Assembly (NCBI RefSeq): GCF_004010195.1
Contig: NC_057719.1
Span: 49,461,155 to 49,504,837, forward strand
Source of the DNA: Chiloscyllium plagiosum
Lineage: Eukaryota
Length of the DNA stretch: 43,683 nucleotides
Reading direction: 5' to 3'
The notes below the pieces were generated by a model, which was not told the DNA's origin, searched no databases, and saw nothing but the letters and a program-made list of their open reading frames with translations. Positions within the stretch are counted from its first letter, which is position 1. Each line of letters opens with the position of its first letter. The translations under genes and the position numbers were made by a program. Of this stretch, positions 1 through 14,115 are shown piece by piece.

Positions 1-1023
1 TTTTTTGTAGGATGAGATACGGAACACATAACGAATGATTCTATTAAAACCCAGCAATCTTGCTGAGTCATTTGTTAATGGCTTAATGAAACTCTGAAGA
101 AATTTAACACACACTAATCGCACTGTTGTATAAAAAGAACATTGTTCCAAATAAAGCAATTTATCAAGGCAAGATGAGATTTAACGTTCTACCTTGCAGG
201 TAGAGTGAAAATGGCATTTCAGCCTTAATAGCATTGAACTCATTTGGAATATGACAGAGTTAGAATGAGAGAGCAGAGAAAACTAACATCACCATTCACC
301 TAGCACACAGAGAAAAGTTAGCAATTGCTGAATTCAGAAATTCAATCGAACATCATCAGATTCACATATGATGCTCAAGCTAGGAAAGGACCATTATAAA
401 TGAACATCAGGCTTTCATTAAGAGCATCTGAAAATTGCATGAGGGTCTACACCTGAAAAGAATACTGTTCAGAAATGAGCATCTCAAAAGGTGGATAGTG
501 AGGTTGACCAGGATCACTGGGAGAAGACAAGGAATGGGCAAGTAAGTGACATATTTGATGGCTAAAGAAGTACCCCATTGTTAGAGAAATTATCTACTCA
601 GTACGCTGCTAATTATCAATTTCGTCTGCAGTGTTGCAGAAATAAAAGTGAAAAAACAAAATATCTCTCACATACTCCCAGGGTGTTGAGGTCCATACTC
701 TATTCTATAATTGTGTTTTACATGGTAGTCCCAAGAAAGGACAGTAAGAGACCTCAAAGCAATAACCATGAAAAATTAGATGGGGAACCCATGTGGGGAA
801 TGACGTAAGAAAGCCCCTCTGGGACTTTGGGTACTATTACAGGAATGGGGTGTCACCCCCCCCTTTCGAAATGTAATAAAATCATATTATCATCTTCTAA
901 AATTACTCCATCACACTGCCTGAAGATTGTTTGGGTAGTGGATTCTTAATTCATGAAAAACTTCAATACATATAAAGTGTCCATGAGCTCAGAAAAGGCA
1001 ATGACACTCCCCAGTATTTTTCT

Positions 1024-1240
1024 AAGCTAAGAATCACACAACACCAAGTTATAGTCCAACAGGTTTAATTGGAAGCACACTAGCTTTCGGAGCGATGCTC
1101 CTTTATCAGGTGACAATCACTTGATGAAGAAGCATCGCTCCGAAAGCTAGTGTGCTTCCAATTAAACCTGCTGGACTATAGCCTGGTGTTGTGTGATTTT
1201 TAACTTTGTACACCCCAGCCCAACACTGGCATCTCCAAAT
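1024..1240. mobile_element. Non-autonomous Penelope-like hairpin element (inverted pLTRs plus tail) with 12-bp TSD
   Basis: 82-bp inverted arms 1032-1113 and 1117-1198 (6 mismatches), tail 1199-1240, direct repeat cagtatttttct at 1012-1023 and 1241-1252. Each arm has a mutated CTGATGA..GAAA hammerhead core. Confidence 0.85.
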
Positions 1241-2165
1241 CAGTATTTTTCTGCAATGATTCAGATTGTCCAGCAGGGGTCAGAAAATGTCAATACAGGT
1301 AACATATTATTTTCATTGACCTGCCTCTTTTTTTTTGCCACAAAAGGTCCCAGCAAGCAAAGTTATTCTGTGATAGTGTATTCCAGCATGGATTTATCCG
1401 ATTCCTCTGTCATCAATGATGTTTACAACATTTTTGAGGTTTCTGCAGCTTTTCACTAAAAGTTGCCTCATGAATGGTGTTACGTAATTCACTGGGAATT
1501 CTGGATGACCAGGAAGAAGCAAAACATATGGGAGACATTCACACCCAAAGAAATGTAGTTTTTAATTATACTGAAACATTTAAATTTCCTTTAAATCACT
1601 AATAGTTAATGCATTGAATTGGATTTGCAGTGAGTTGGCAATGGGTATGACAGGCTGAATGGCTTCCTTCTGTGCTGTAACCATTCTATGATGTTATAAA
1701 CAGCATCAACATATTAAAAATATTGTCAAATGATGAGCACAAATAAAACCTGTCACAAGTTAATTTCAAAGGTTATCCTGCCCATCAATCTGCAATTTAC
1801 AGGAGACTATAATGCACATAAAAATTAGACAGGAATAGTTCCTTGGTGGTGACTCATCTTTCCAAGATTCTCAAACCACAGAGTGGAGGCCACTGCTGGC
1901 TCAGCAGGAGGCCCTGGGCCAACAGCAACAATGAAGGCCTGGAAAGAGACGTGAACAGGATGGTGACTGAGCCAGTCATCAGGGCCTTGTGGAGAGCAGT
2001 GTTGGGTGTTTAGTTTGTAAATTACAATGTAAAAGCCTGAAATGGTCTGGAATTTGGGAAGACTATCACCTTCCCCTGACTTAATTGGGAGAAGTTGAGA
2101 AGAAGATGGGCAAGGGCGAGGATTGACCATTAAATTCCATCCAAAGAATCAACTACCAACATGTT

Positions 2166-2483
2166 AGATTAGATTAGTTACAGTGTGGAAACAGGCCCTT
2201 CAGCCCAACAAGGCCACACCAACCCGCCGAAGCACAATCCACTCAGACCCATTCTCCTACATTTACCCCTTCACCTAACACTATGGGCAATTTTAACTTG
2301 GCCAATTCACCTAACCTGCACATTTTTGGACTGTGGGAGGAAACCAGAGCACCCGGAGGAAACCCATGCAGACACGGGGAGAATGAGCAAACTCCACACA
2401 GTCAGTCGCCTGAGGCGGGAATTGAATCCGGGTCTCTGGCACTGTGAGACAGCAGTGCTAACCTCTATGACACCGTGCCACCC
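2166..2483 (-). mobile_element. HE1-like tRNA-derived V-SINE
   Basis: The minus strand reads a tRNA-like head (GGGTGGCACGGTG...), the V-domain GTGTGGAGTTTGCTCATTCTCCCCGTGTCTGC and a CR1-type tail ending (CTAAT)n. It is near-identical to the copies at 28968 and 36515. Confidence 0.9.
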
Positions 2484-3399
2484 ACTTGCAAGAGAAATTA
2501 AAATGAAAGCTAAAAAAAAATCCCTTAACATTATTGATGCAACTGCGGTAAATAAATCATATTTAATTTTCTCTATTGCTTGCTTTTTTTTGTCTGTATC
2601 ATCTCGTGTCAGTTCTGTATCTTATTATCCATGCTATAATCTCTTCTCTTGAATTTATCATGTTCTAATCACATTGCACTGTGGATGAAAAAGTTTATTT
2701 GAACCTCAGCTGAACTGGTTTCTCAGTGATCACATTAGGAGAGTCTTCACGGGGGCCACAAATAAATAAAGAAAGAATGACTTGGAATTCTTTAGCACCT
2801 TTCATGACCTCAGTATATCTTAAAACAAATATGGAGTATTTAGTCACTATTGTATTCCAACGCAAGTACATCCAAGCTGTCATACAAAACACAACCAGAC
2901 AATGTCTTCTTTAATTCATATTGAACTCAGAATGATAACTCTAGTTCTATCTACACAGATGCTGGAAGATCTATTGAGTTTCTTCAGGACTTTCTGCTTT
3001 TTAATTACAGATCTCAAACATCTGATGAACTTTGGTTTGATGATGGACATCTCCACACCAGGTCTTGTTTACTCAACTCTCAAATGGCCCACGTTCTAGA
3101 GGAGGACAAAGAAAACGAATGGCAGCATTGACATCAAGAATCTTGATACCAATTTGGCCCTCAAATTGCATCATTATTTACATCTCAATGCCTTAATGAT
3201 GAGGCAGAGTACAGGCAGAGAGGGAAAGTAAAGGAAGTGAATCCTGAAATTCGGATCTGACAACTTGATGTGACATAAACTCCATGTGCCTGAAGAAATG
3301 TGGGTAGAGAATTGGCCTGTTCAGCCACATGAAGACCCACAGCAGAAATGCACAACCCTGAGAATACACAATTCTCAAAACAATGGACAGCCAACAAAT

Positions 3400-3600
3400 A
3401 AAACAAAATAAAATGAAAAGGTGTCCAAAAATTGGGCCAAGTAGTTGGATTTTAAAGAATGTCTTAAAGGAGGGAAATGAGGTAACCTGACAGAAAGCTA
3501 TAGGAAGAATATTCCCGATCTTAAGGCCTGGGTAACTGAAAGTCCAGAGGTACATTAAAATCAGTATGCTCAAGAAGCCAGAATTAGAGTAGAATAAGAG
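3400..3600 (-). mobile_element. Old L2-type LINE 3' fragment
   Basis: Resembles 17760-17910 (shared tgctcaagaagcca, and a similar gaattcc/gaatattcc...aggcct segment). Degenerate. Confidence 0.5.
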
Positions 3601-6600
3601 CCAATTATTGAAGGAATATATGATATTTTAATGTGTTTCTATCCAGATATCAGTAGCAATCAAAATCATATAACAAACTAGCTTGTAAAAGAGCAATATA
3701 TAATGCAACGTAAGACTGAGTTCATAAGTGATTAGGTATCAGAATATATCAGTATGCTGATTACCATATGGCTATTAAGTTCCAGCAGGGACCTGACATA
3801 AGTAATTATAACTCTTTGCAGTAAGGTGCAACATTAGTTAGCCTCTAATGGATAATCACACTATTAAGACAATTTTCATCTGATAACCCTATACTGCAGT
3901 ATCAGTGCAATTCTCCGACATGTTTTTTTTTGCATTACTCAACTAGGTGGCTTGTAAACAGATGGATTGTTCATGGTGCTGAAACATAAGTTGAGATCAA
4001 AGAGAATCCACCCTAGCAACGACATTAACCTCCTGTTCACCTTCCTTTTTCATTTGGCGTCAAAAAACATGAATTTAGTTGGATAAAAGAACAGAGCCAA
4101 CTTTTATTTTAGTTCTAATTACTATGTAAATAGAAAAGCATTTACCTCCCTTCAGTTTCAATTTCTGACTCACAACTGTCCCACTAATTACTTCATGCCA
4201 CAAAGAAATGAAAAACTGTGATTGATAGAAACACCATGGATCTATGTAAATTAAGTCTTTTAAATTCTGATAATAATGGCAGGAAATTTTGTGGAATGAA
4301 TAGAGACAGATTTTAGATTTCACTCACATCTGTTTGGAAAGATAATTACTCCTCTGGTCTATTTGTTTCCACTTTTTTTTTATAAACATGCAATTTTGAA
4401 TATCTCCAATATGTGTCATAAAGAGGATTATTTCTGATGGATGTCAAATCAACAGTTTGGCTTAAATGTAAACAACCAGAATTTTGCTCGATGAGTAAAT
4501 GTGACGAATAGTTAAGTCATATAGAACAACTAAGTGCTAAATCCTTCGCGGTTGTGAATTAGTTGATCTCAATGAGGTGGTAGGGATGTCACAAATAGCC
4601 TCATTCCTACTCTTTGGTTAGGAGGAGAAAATTGTCTCCAGTTGCCACTCTGATGATTCTTGTGTGTCTGTTGAATTTGCATATTTGTGGATGTTAGTTG
4701 AGAACAAATTACTACTGGCCTCATGATCTCTCTAGTACAATAATCTTTCATATACTCACCATCAAAGCTCACATATGAAATATGTCCACTTTTCTATATG
4801 GCAGGGGCCATATAATCAACTCCAAAAACAAGTGATTTCAGAGAGCAGAGGGTTGGGTGGAGGATGAAAACGAAGTGCAAAATCTATTGTGGACTCAGCT
4901 ACCTTTTTTGGACTAGGATGATGGGAAATAAGGAGAAAGAACATTGTGCTACCTACCACAACAATTCCTGTCCAATTATCAGCTGATATTTGTAGCACTG
5001 CTTGGTTGATTATCAAAAGAAAAGCCACAGTTGACTGTAAAGAAAGCAACGCAAGGATAAAAGGAAACATAGCTCTTTTTAACACTAATTTTCAAAATGA
5101 GAAATGTACAAAATATGCTTGTTTCTTTTAATAATGTAGACTTAATTTATATAATTTAATTCTTCAACTGTTGTCAGATGCAAATAGTTGGAGAAAGGAA
5201 ATTACATTATTATGTGGGTCAATGTGTGGATGTGAAGTAATATATTTTGCACTGGAGCAATATAAAACTACTATAAATAGTAAGTAAAATTTCTTTCCAA
5301 CTTACTTCAAAAACACCATCAAAACTAAGATTTTTTTTGCACCAAACTTGCTGATGAAGTTCAAGCTAAAACTTCCAAGATGTTCCCTAATGCATTTCTT
5401 TTTTAGCGGCTAGAGTGTGGTCAAAGCACTTCCCACAATGATGTTCAGTGGGAAATGACATGGCATGGCAATAATGAGGGAACAGAAACACGTATCCATT
5501 AGGACGTCTGCCTTGAAAGAATACAGCTGTTCTCACACACCTGCTAACCCTGTTCATAGAAGTATGAAGAGTCTGTGTTTAGAAAGTGCTGCAGAAAATG
5601 CCTTAGTGACTTGATGTAGCGCATAATGTAACTAGGACAGATTGCAGTGATGGTATGCTAAAGGTGGTGGACTTGAATGTTTATGCTGGTGCAACATGTA
5701 CCAATTATCTTGACTGGTCTGACCTTCCAATGTTGAGATTTTATTTCCCCAGAAGGAGGGCAGATATAATGATTTTGTCTTTGTTTGTTAATCATTTTGT
5801 CTACAAACAATATATCTCAAAAACTAATCAATAGCTTGTGACAAAACCTGATACAAAGATACGGTATGACTTCAGGAAAAACAGATTTGTCAAAATGGTT
5901 TTTAAAAGAATCTGTTAATGTTGGTAGGTAATTCAAATTCATTTTTTTAGAATGCTCTGGGTTACTTTGTTTAAAATGATGTTGATTATTTTAGATTGCT
6001 GTGCATTTGCTCAACTGCCACTGTAAATTTGTCATAGCTATCAAAATGTGAAGAGTTTTCAGAGCAGATTGTTGGATGTAGATTAAGGTAAAGCCCCCTC
6101 AGTGAAATAGAAGCACAAGGAAAAGCCTAAAGAAAGAGCTCTATAATTATAAGAAGCTCATATAGATTGATGGGACTGGGCATTCTACTACATACTCACT
6201 TAATTTGTCACTTCTGTCAGTGAAGGTAATATTCACACTTCTGTTTGTTAGCTTATTTATCCAATATATCTTAAAAACAAATTGATAGATTTCAATAAAA
6301 CCTGGTACGCTAACATGATAATATGTATGATTGTGGAAATTGCTAATGGTGCCTGCACAACAGAAATAGAGGAACACCTATAAAATCATGCAAAAATTCT
6401 GTTTTATGGTATTTTTAGAATAAAGGAGTTGTTTCATGATTGTAGTATGGTCTAATTTGCAAAGTGCTCAGAAGTAAATGTGTAACAGTGAATGTAAAAA
6501 CAGAACCCAGTGAAATATATCTGCCTAACTTTGCTCAATGTACATCAGCCATTTGCAAAAATCCACTTTGGCGCAGTCATTCAGAAATGTAAATAGAAAA

Positions 6601-7002
6601 CGTGAGAAAAGTTCAACATATCCCACAAAACCACAATAATTCATTGCTTTGAGTTTAAAACTCAATAGTTTTGATTCCAGAATAACTCTGTAAATTCATG
6701 TAGAAAACATGAGCAGGGCTGGAGGATAACAATAGAACAGTAAATCCAAGTGTGGCTATTTACAGAGATAGGGAGAAATAGTGATACTGTCTGGTGAGGA
6801 TGAGAGAGGAAGCAGATGGAGATGATATAGAGCCTCTGTAAAATATGCTGTTTTTAAAAGATCATATTTAAGCATTTCTGGGAAGCTGCGTGAGCAGCAA
6901 ACAGAAAGGAAACAGAAACAAAGTGAAAGATTGAGAGTTGAAAAAGCCTGTGTAATGTTAAAATTTATGAAGTGTTATTAGACATGCCCTTTGATAGTGA
7001 TA

Positions 7003-9552
7003 TAGAAACATACAAAATGGAGGCAGGAGTAGGATATCTGGCCCTTTGAGCTTGCTTTGCCATTCAATTTGATCATGCCTAATCATCCAAATCTATACCC
7101 TGTTTCTGCTTTATTCCCATTCTCTTTGATCCCTTTAACTCTAAGAACTATATCTAGTTCTTTCTTGAAAACATTTAATTTTTGGCTTCAATTGTTTTCT
7201 GTGGCAGAGATTTTCACAGACTTACTGCTCTCTGGGTGAAGAAACTTTGACTCATCTCAATCCAAAAATGGCCTACCCCTTGTCCTTAAACTGTCACGGC
7301 TGGTTCTGGACTCCCCAGTAATCAGGAACATCTTTCCTGCATTTGTTCTGTCTGGTCCTGTGAGAAATTTTAAAGTTTCTCTGATATTCCCGCACATTCT
7401 TTGAAACTCTAGTGAATATCGTCCTAACCAATCCAGTCTCTCTTCATACATCAAACCTGCCATCCCAGGAATTCATCTGATAAAACTTTGTTGAACTCCC
7501 TCATTAGCCAGAACATCTTTCCTCAGAAAAGGGACCAGAATTACACACATTACTCCTGATATTCCTGCTCCTGCATTTGAAACCTCTGGCTATGAAGTTC
7601 AACATACTATTGGCCTTCTTCATCACCTGCTGCTCCTGGATGCTTCTTTTCAGGAACTGGTCTACAAGCAGATCTCGCTGCATTTCCCCTTTTCTTGGTG
7701 TATCAGCATTTGCATAAGAATTTACCTTCCTGATGTTTGCTTTCAAAGTGAATAACTTCATATTTATTCACTTTGTACTTCATCTGCCATGTATTTGGCC
7801 ACTTACTCAACTCATCCAAATCATACTGAAGAACCTCAGCATCCTCCTCACACTTCACCCTCGCATCCAGTTTGGGCCATCTGTAAACTTGGAGATTTTA
7901 CATTTAGTTCCCTTATCTATGTAATTAATATATGTTGTGAATAGCAGGGGTCGAAGCATTGACTCCTGCGGTACCCCACTAGTCACAGCCTTTCACTCAG
8001 AAAAAGACGCGTTTAATCCTAATCTTTGTCTCTTGTCTGTGAAATAGTTCTCTATCCATGGCAATACATATGACCAATCCCATGTGCTTAAATTTTATAT
8101 GCTAATCTCTTAATCTCTCTCATGCCCCTTATCAACAGCCTTCTGAAAGTCCGAGTAAACCACATTCACTGGCACCCCCTTATTGAATCTACTAGTTACA
8201 CACTTGAAATATTCCAGTAGATTTGTCAAGCATGATTTCCCTTTCATAAATTCACACTGATTGTCTAATCCTCTTACTCTTTACCAAGAGCTCTGCTCTT
8301 CAATCTTTTATAATGGACTTGATCATTTTCTCTACTACCAATGTCAGGCTAACCAGACTATAAATTCCTTATTTTCTCTTTACCTCCTTTTTAAATAGTG
8401 GAGTTATATTAGCTACATTCCAATCCATAGAAACTGCTCCTGAGTCTTTACAATCTGAAAAGGGAACCACAATGCATTCATTATTTCTAGTGCCACTTCG
8501 TTAATTACTCTCAGATGTAGATTATCAGGCTTTGGGGATTAATTAGTCTTTAATCTCATCAAATTTTCTACACTATTTCCTTACTAATATTAATTTCCTT
8601 CAGTTCCACCATCCTCCCCAAGATTTTTTAGACATTATTTGAGGGCCTTGTGCAGATCAAACCAAAACATTTATGTTAATAGTCTACCATCTCGTTGGTA
8701 CCCATTATAATTTCCCCTGTATATGACTGTAAGGGACCTACAATCATTTTCATTAATCTTTTTTTCTTCATATACCTATAAAAGCTTTTAAATTGGTTAT
8801 TTTCTCCTTGTAAGTTTACTGTCATACTCTATTTTTGCCCTCTTAATCAATTGTTTCAGCCTTTTTGCTGAAATCTAAACTGTACCCAAGCTTCAGTTCT
8901 GCTGCTCATTTTTGGCCTTTTTGTATATCCTTTCCTTGAGTTTAACAGTATCCATAATTTCCCTTTCTAGCTATGGCTGGGACACCATTCTCATTTTATT
9001 TTTGCATCAGACTGGAATGAACAATTGTTGCAATATCTCCAAGCACGCTAAGTGCTTGCCATTGCTTTAAGTAACATTCTCCAATTTATCATATCCAGCT
9101 CATGCCTCATACCATTATTGTTTCCTTTATTTAGATTCAGGACCCTAGTCTCAGAAAAAATGTGTCATATCCATCTTATTGTAGAATATTCAGGTTAATC
9201 TCCCCTTAGACACCTTGCACAGCTAGTTTGCCAATTATTCTTTTCTCATTATATAATACCCTGTCTAGGATTATTGGTTATGTAGTTGGTTCCTCAACAT
9301 AGTGCATGAGATGATTTTCTTAATCAATATCCTGGAATTGCTCCCATATTGTATTGTTCCTGATTGGATTTGCCAAATCTGTATGCTTATTAAAGTCAAC
9401 CCTAATTATATTTGTAGCTTCATTGCTTGCATCTCTAATTTCCTGCTTGAATGCCCTTTCAGACACTACCACAACTGGGGGTCTATAAATAACAGTTACT
9501 GTTGTTTCCTGCTCCTTGGCGTTCCTAAACTCTGTCCTTACAGGTTCCATTT
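7003..9552 (-). mobile_element. CR1-clade LINE, 5'-truncated and degenerate (endonuclease to RT to 3' UTR)
   Basis: Minus-strand remnants VIYRPP...IIRVDFN (APE endonuclease), KKANSMLNFIARG and MAGLMYEERLDWLGRYSLE (CR1 RT C-terminus), plus a CR1 3' tail near 7003. Many stops and frameshifts. Confidence 0.88.
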
Positions 9553-10649
9553 TGATTGGAAATGTATGGTGGAACAGCACAGGCGTCAGGTTATTATTCT
9601 ACTTATTGTAAAACATTATACTAGGAAGAATATTAATTTTGCTGTTTTATGTTTGTTTCATCCATAAAGTCATTTCGGCTTTCAGTTTTACTTAAGATTA
9701 TGTACCTAGGTACATTTGTACCTAAGATGGTGCTGGGAATGGTGACTTTGTTTCCTTTTTACTGTACTCCTGTATCCCTGTACTTGAGTAGACATGACAA
9801 TAAAATCTAATTCTAATTCTAGTTTACAATAACACAATCTATAGCCTCTATTTTAAAATTATATTCATGAGTAACTCTTGCTCTGAAAATCCCCTTCATA
9901 ATTTAATAATTTTAAATTTTTTTCATCATCTTTAACATTTATATGCAATAATTTCTTCATTTGCGTTAAGGAAGTTAAAAGTTTAAGTTGGATCTGAGAG
10001 AAAAACTTCTAGCTCACACTAATAATCATTATTTGTATTACAGTGATAAAAATTGTATCACAAATAATATTGTGGTTTGACTTTTGAAGTTATTAATGAG
10101 ACTGCCAAGTTTCTCTTACAATCCCAGAGAAGACAGCCAAATTTATGTTAAAAACTGGTTAGAAGCCAATAACATATTTATCAAAAATAGGCCATGTTTG
10201 AATCCTAAGGTACTTGTTCAGAGAATAAAGCCACAAACTTCCACATTTCAAACAAACAAAATAGACAAGGCTAGAAAAGTAAAACAATCTGCTATGTACA
10301 ACACAACTTAAATCTAACATCCAGAATGAGCTAACGAGGCAACAGACACACCATCATCAAAACTCCCAAAAGGCACATTAAGTAGCAGATGACAGATCCC
10401 ATGGATTTCTCAGCAAGATGTCCAGACATTAATGGTACTATGTATCATCATATCTCATTAAAACTTTGCCTCCTTTACAAGGAATTCAAATGCTTCATCT
10501 TTGAATATTTACTCTTAAAACTCGCTCAAAGCTGTGGTGAGTATCAATGACTACTCACCTTCCGATATTTGAATCTCTTTTTCTCTGACCACTTCGCCTT
10601 CAGTTTCAAAACTACAATCCAACAGCTACTGATGGCACAATTCCAGCTG

Positions 10650-11260
10650 TTTCACAGACAGCTAGTTTCACTAAGTTGATCATGCCTTTGGGTTTCCCTG
10701 AACTCCATGCCCCCAGCTACACTAAGCAAGTACTGCTTCTTGGCTTCCTTTAGCCCCACTCTCAGATCCCAAATGATTCCTGAGACTTCAGTGAGCCTCC
10801 AGCTCCTCACAGTAAACAACAATATTTTAGCTGGATGGAGCCACTTTCTTAAGTTGCTCCTGTCTCTCTCTATTTTTCTCTTCAACTCAGAGCCATCACA
10901 TTACCAGTTTCTTAGGACTTCTCCCAAGCCCAGACTGCCTGGAAACTGCTGACAACAGCACCTTGGTGACCAGAAACCCAATGAGCAATCTTTGGGTTTC
11001 TGTTTCTTCTGCCTCCAACCAATTAACTGGTTTCTATGGATTCCTCTTTCACTCCCTCTCCTGTCCCAAAATGTTCCTTTTTGTGCCAGTCACATCAACG
11101 TATGATCATGCCTTTGGGTTTAACGACTCATCAGTTCAGCATTAACACACCCCTCCATTCCTGGTTAATTCATGTTTTTCATTCCCTCTGCTCCATTATC
11201 ATCAGGCAGTTTTTCTTTCACTATATCCATGAACTCTGGTACTCACTTTTAGGATGCAGT
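10650..11260 (+). mobile_element. Highly degenerate L2-like LINE fragment
   Basis: Pyrimidine-rich decayed RT-like text (QHLGDQKPNEQ..., CPKMFLFVP). No intact motif. Confidence 0.35.
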
Positions 11261-14019
11261 TTAATCCAGGCAATAAGGGTCTTAGCCAAAGACTGGAGAG
11301 CTGGTAAGGGCCCTACATGACTTCCTTTATAAAGGAATGCCATATTAAGTGCCAACAAATACATAAGTGGCCTGTGGCAGGCCTTTGCCAGAATCATGGA
11401 GCCCAGAGGAGAAAGCCCATTGACCAACCACCAGCAATAGCTACCAGCCTATTAGATGCTAATAGCTGTCCATTGATGGTAGTGCCATCAGAAGTAGTTG
11501 GCAGTGCTACATTGTAACCACCAGAGATCAGGATCTACAAGGCAGCCAGGCCACAGGTACAAGAATGGGATTTGCAAGCAGGGAGATACAGGGTGGGTCC
11601 AAAGAAAAGATAGGTATTTGCTGTCAACAGGCTGCAGCCCTTTCCAAAGTCAAGTCTCACAATTAAGCACTGAATACCTGATAGAGAGAGACACCCTGGG
11701 AGCCCGAAAGTAAACCCAACAAATTTCGCTTTTCAGGCTCCACGCAATGGTAACTAACCTGCCCTCTGCTGGTGGCTGGACAAAAGTCCTTAAATGAGCA
11801 CTTAAGGGCCTCAGTCAGCATAGGCAGGAAGGCAGACTATAGGCCTTCCAGTTAGATTGCACTCCATCCTCAAACCTTCAAGAGGGGCATACATTCCACC
11901 CATTAAATCTCTTCTCTTTGTCACCCACCTCCCTGGTGTGTAAAACTTCTCAAAACTCTCTTCAACGGTGTTTTTGTTTCTGATGTCACACCCAATTATT
12001 CGGTTATTTGCTCTTCTTGTCACTTTGTGAAGTGCTTTGAAATGCCTTTCTGTAACTGGGGAGAATTTGAGAAATTTAGATTGTTGGTTCTCTATTTTTT
12101 GCTATCTAATTACAGGATTGAATTGCACTGGAAGGTGAAAGACAAACTTGTATTTTTACGTTCAAATTGTTTCAGTGGGACCACCTCTTTGTCCTGTATT
12201 AAGTCCAGAAAATAACCTCCATTTTAATCTTTGCAAGCTGCAAATATTTGTACTAGGGATGCTCATTTGAACAGGCAAGTAAATGAACTGCAGTCCTGGG
12301 TTCAATCCAGCCAAGGCAGATGGGATGAAAGTGCTCCCTGTTGGTTGCTAACATTGAGAATGGAATACCTTAATCATCTCAGATCATATTTCCTTTAGAT
12401 TTACACCATCATAAAACTTCACCTTCATTGAAATCATGACACAGATAATCCTATAGTGAGGAATTCACATCATTGAAACACTGAATGACTTTACTGATAC
12501 AAATTCAGCAACATTGTTTAGATTGAACAAAAAAGTTGTTTTACATAGCTCCTGGCCGCCAGTTCAAAATAACATTGGCAGAGGCATGAGAGCAGATTGC
12601 ACTTAATGCTGGTGTAGAAAGACTGGCGATCAACATAGGCAATTGGAAAAAAGTAAGGAAATGTTACACCGATAAGAAGAAAAATATATAGAGGATTAAA
12701 GAAAGGATTCTTTCCCAGTGCTAACCATGCAGCTTTAGGATGTGTGAACTAATCATAGGAAATTTCAAGCAGGTCTTCTCCATGGCACATTGCCAAGGAA
12801 ATAAATCAGTGACTGCTCAGCTACAAATATTTGGGAGAGATTCCTCATGCATCTCTGGGGTGAAACTAGCAGGTCCAACAGGCTTTAATAAAAATCAATA
12901 CTTCAAAGCAACATCATTCCAAATAAACCAGTTACATTATTCTTGGTGTGATTTATAATACATCAGGCATGTCTGACCAGGGGAGGAGGAGAGATTCAGC
13001 AAACCTCTTTCCAAAAGCCCTCTTGGCTTGTCACACCAAATAGTTATCTTGATTTTTAGCATGCAGCTATATCACACACGTCAAAAATGTAGTTGACTGA
13101 ATCAAATTGACCAGATCAATTACAAGACTTACTTGAGTGAAACAAGGATACATTTTATTACCAACGGAAGAAAAAATAATAAAACACAACATCAAGAACA
13201 CAACAAATAGTCAATAACTTTAAAATAGAATGGCATATGCATGAAGAATAAAGGATATGTAGTTTAAAATTGCTTTGAGCTCTTGGTGTAAGATTTTTAA
13301 CCTGAGACCACAATTGTTTAATTATTGCATTGCATCCTCAGCCATGACAAAGTTTGTAAGTATCTTTGAGTTCTTAGACAATGGCTGTTCCCATAATTTG
13401 CTTTATCACTGAGTGTTGTCTTCTAAGAAGCTGACAGAAACAATGTGAGAGAAATTTTGTTAGTAAAATTCATTATTCCTGCTCTCTGCTGTGCCAAGCA
13501 GCTACTGCAATATGGGAGATCTTCCCAGCATCAATTGGAAAAATAGGGTGAGATTTGCAGAAATTAAATTCTTACTGTTGAGAAAAATTGTCTAACTTTT
13601 CAACTAAGTTTTGAACAGGAAGGCAAGAATCTCATAATCAAGTGGTGAGAGGCCTATTTACATTCATTTGCATGTATTAGCCTTTTATTAGTACCTAATC
13701 TCACCTCATTGATATGCAGTTTTCTATTCTCCCTCTTGTCAGATCAAAACAAGATGAAGAATTACTGCCATAAAAGTCAGAGTGGGTATCTGGTGTTGTG
13801 CCTGCCACACAGTGTCTTTTAACTCTTATATCTAGCAAAGAACTGCGAGTTGACTCACAATAATAATAAACGATGTATTATAACAATAATACTATAACAA
13901 CAAAATGCACCATAAAGTAACAATTTATACTATAAATCTAATCAATTATCTTGTGCTTTAACTTAACTCTAGATGATCATATACCACCACACTTGATCTT
14001 GACCTTGATCCAAATGGAC

Positions 14020-14115
14020 ATTCCTGATGAAGGGCTTATGCCCAAGACTCTCCTGCTCCTTGGATGCTGCCTGACCTGCTGTGTTTTTCCAGTGCCACAC
14101 TTTTTGACTTTGATT
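14020..14115 (+). mobile_element. Penelope-like pLTR remnant with a broken hammerhead
   Basis: attcCTGATGAAGGGCttatGCCC followed by loss of GAAACGTC, then ggatgctgcctgacctgctgtg as at 33135-33160. Confidence 0.8.

Noticed and set aside
2185..2652. 155-aa ORF and similar ORFs at 29085, 30455 and 36355 (DCGRKPEHPEETHADTGR)
   Set aside because: These are antisense translations of the V-SINE central domain, not proteins.
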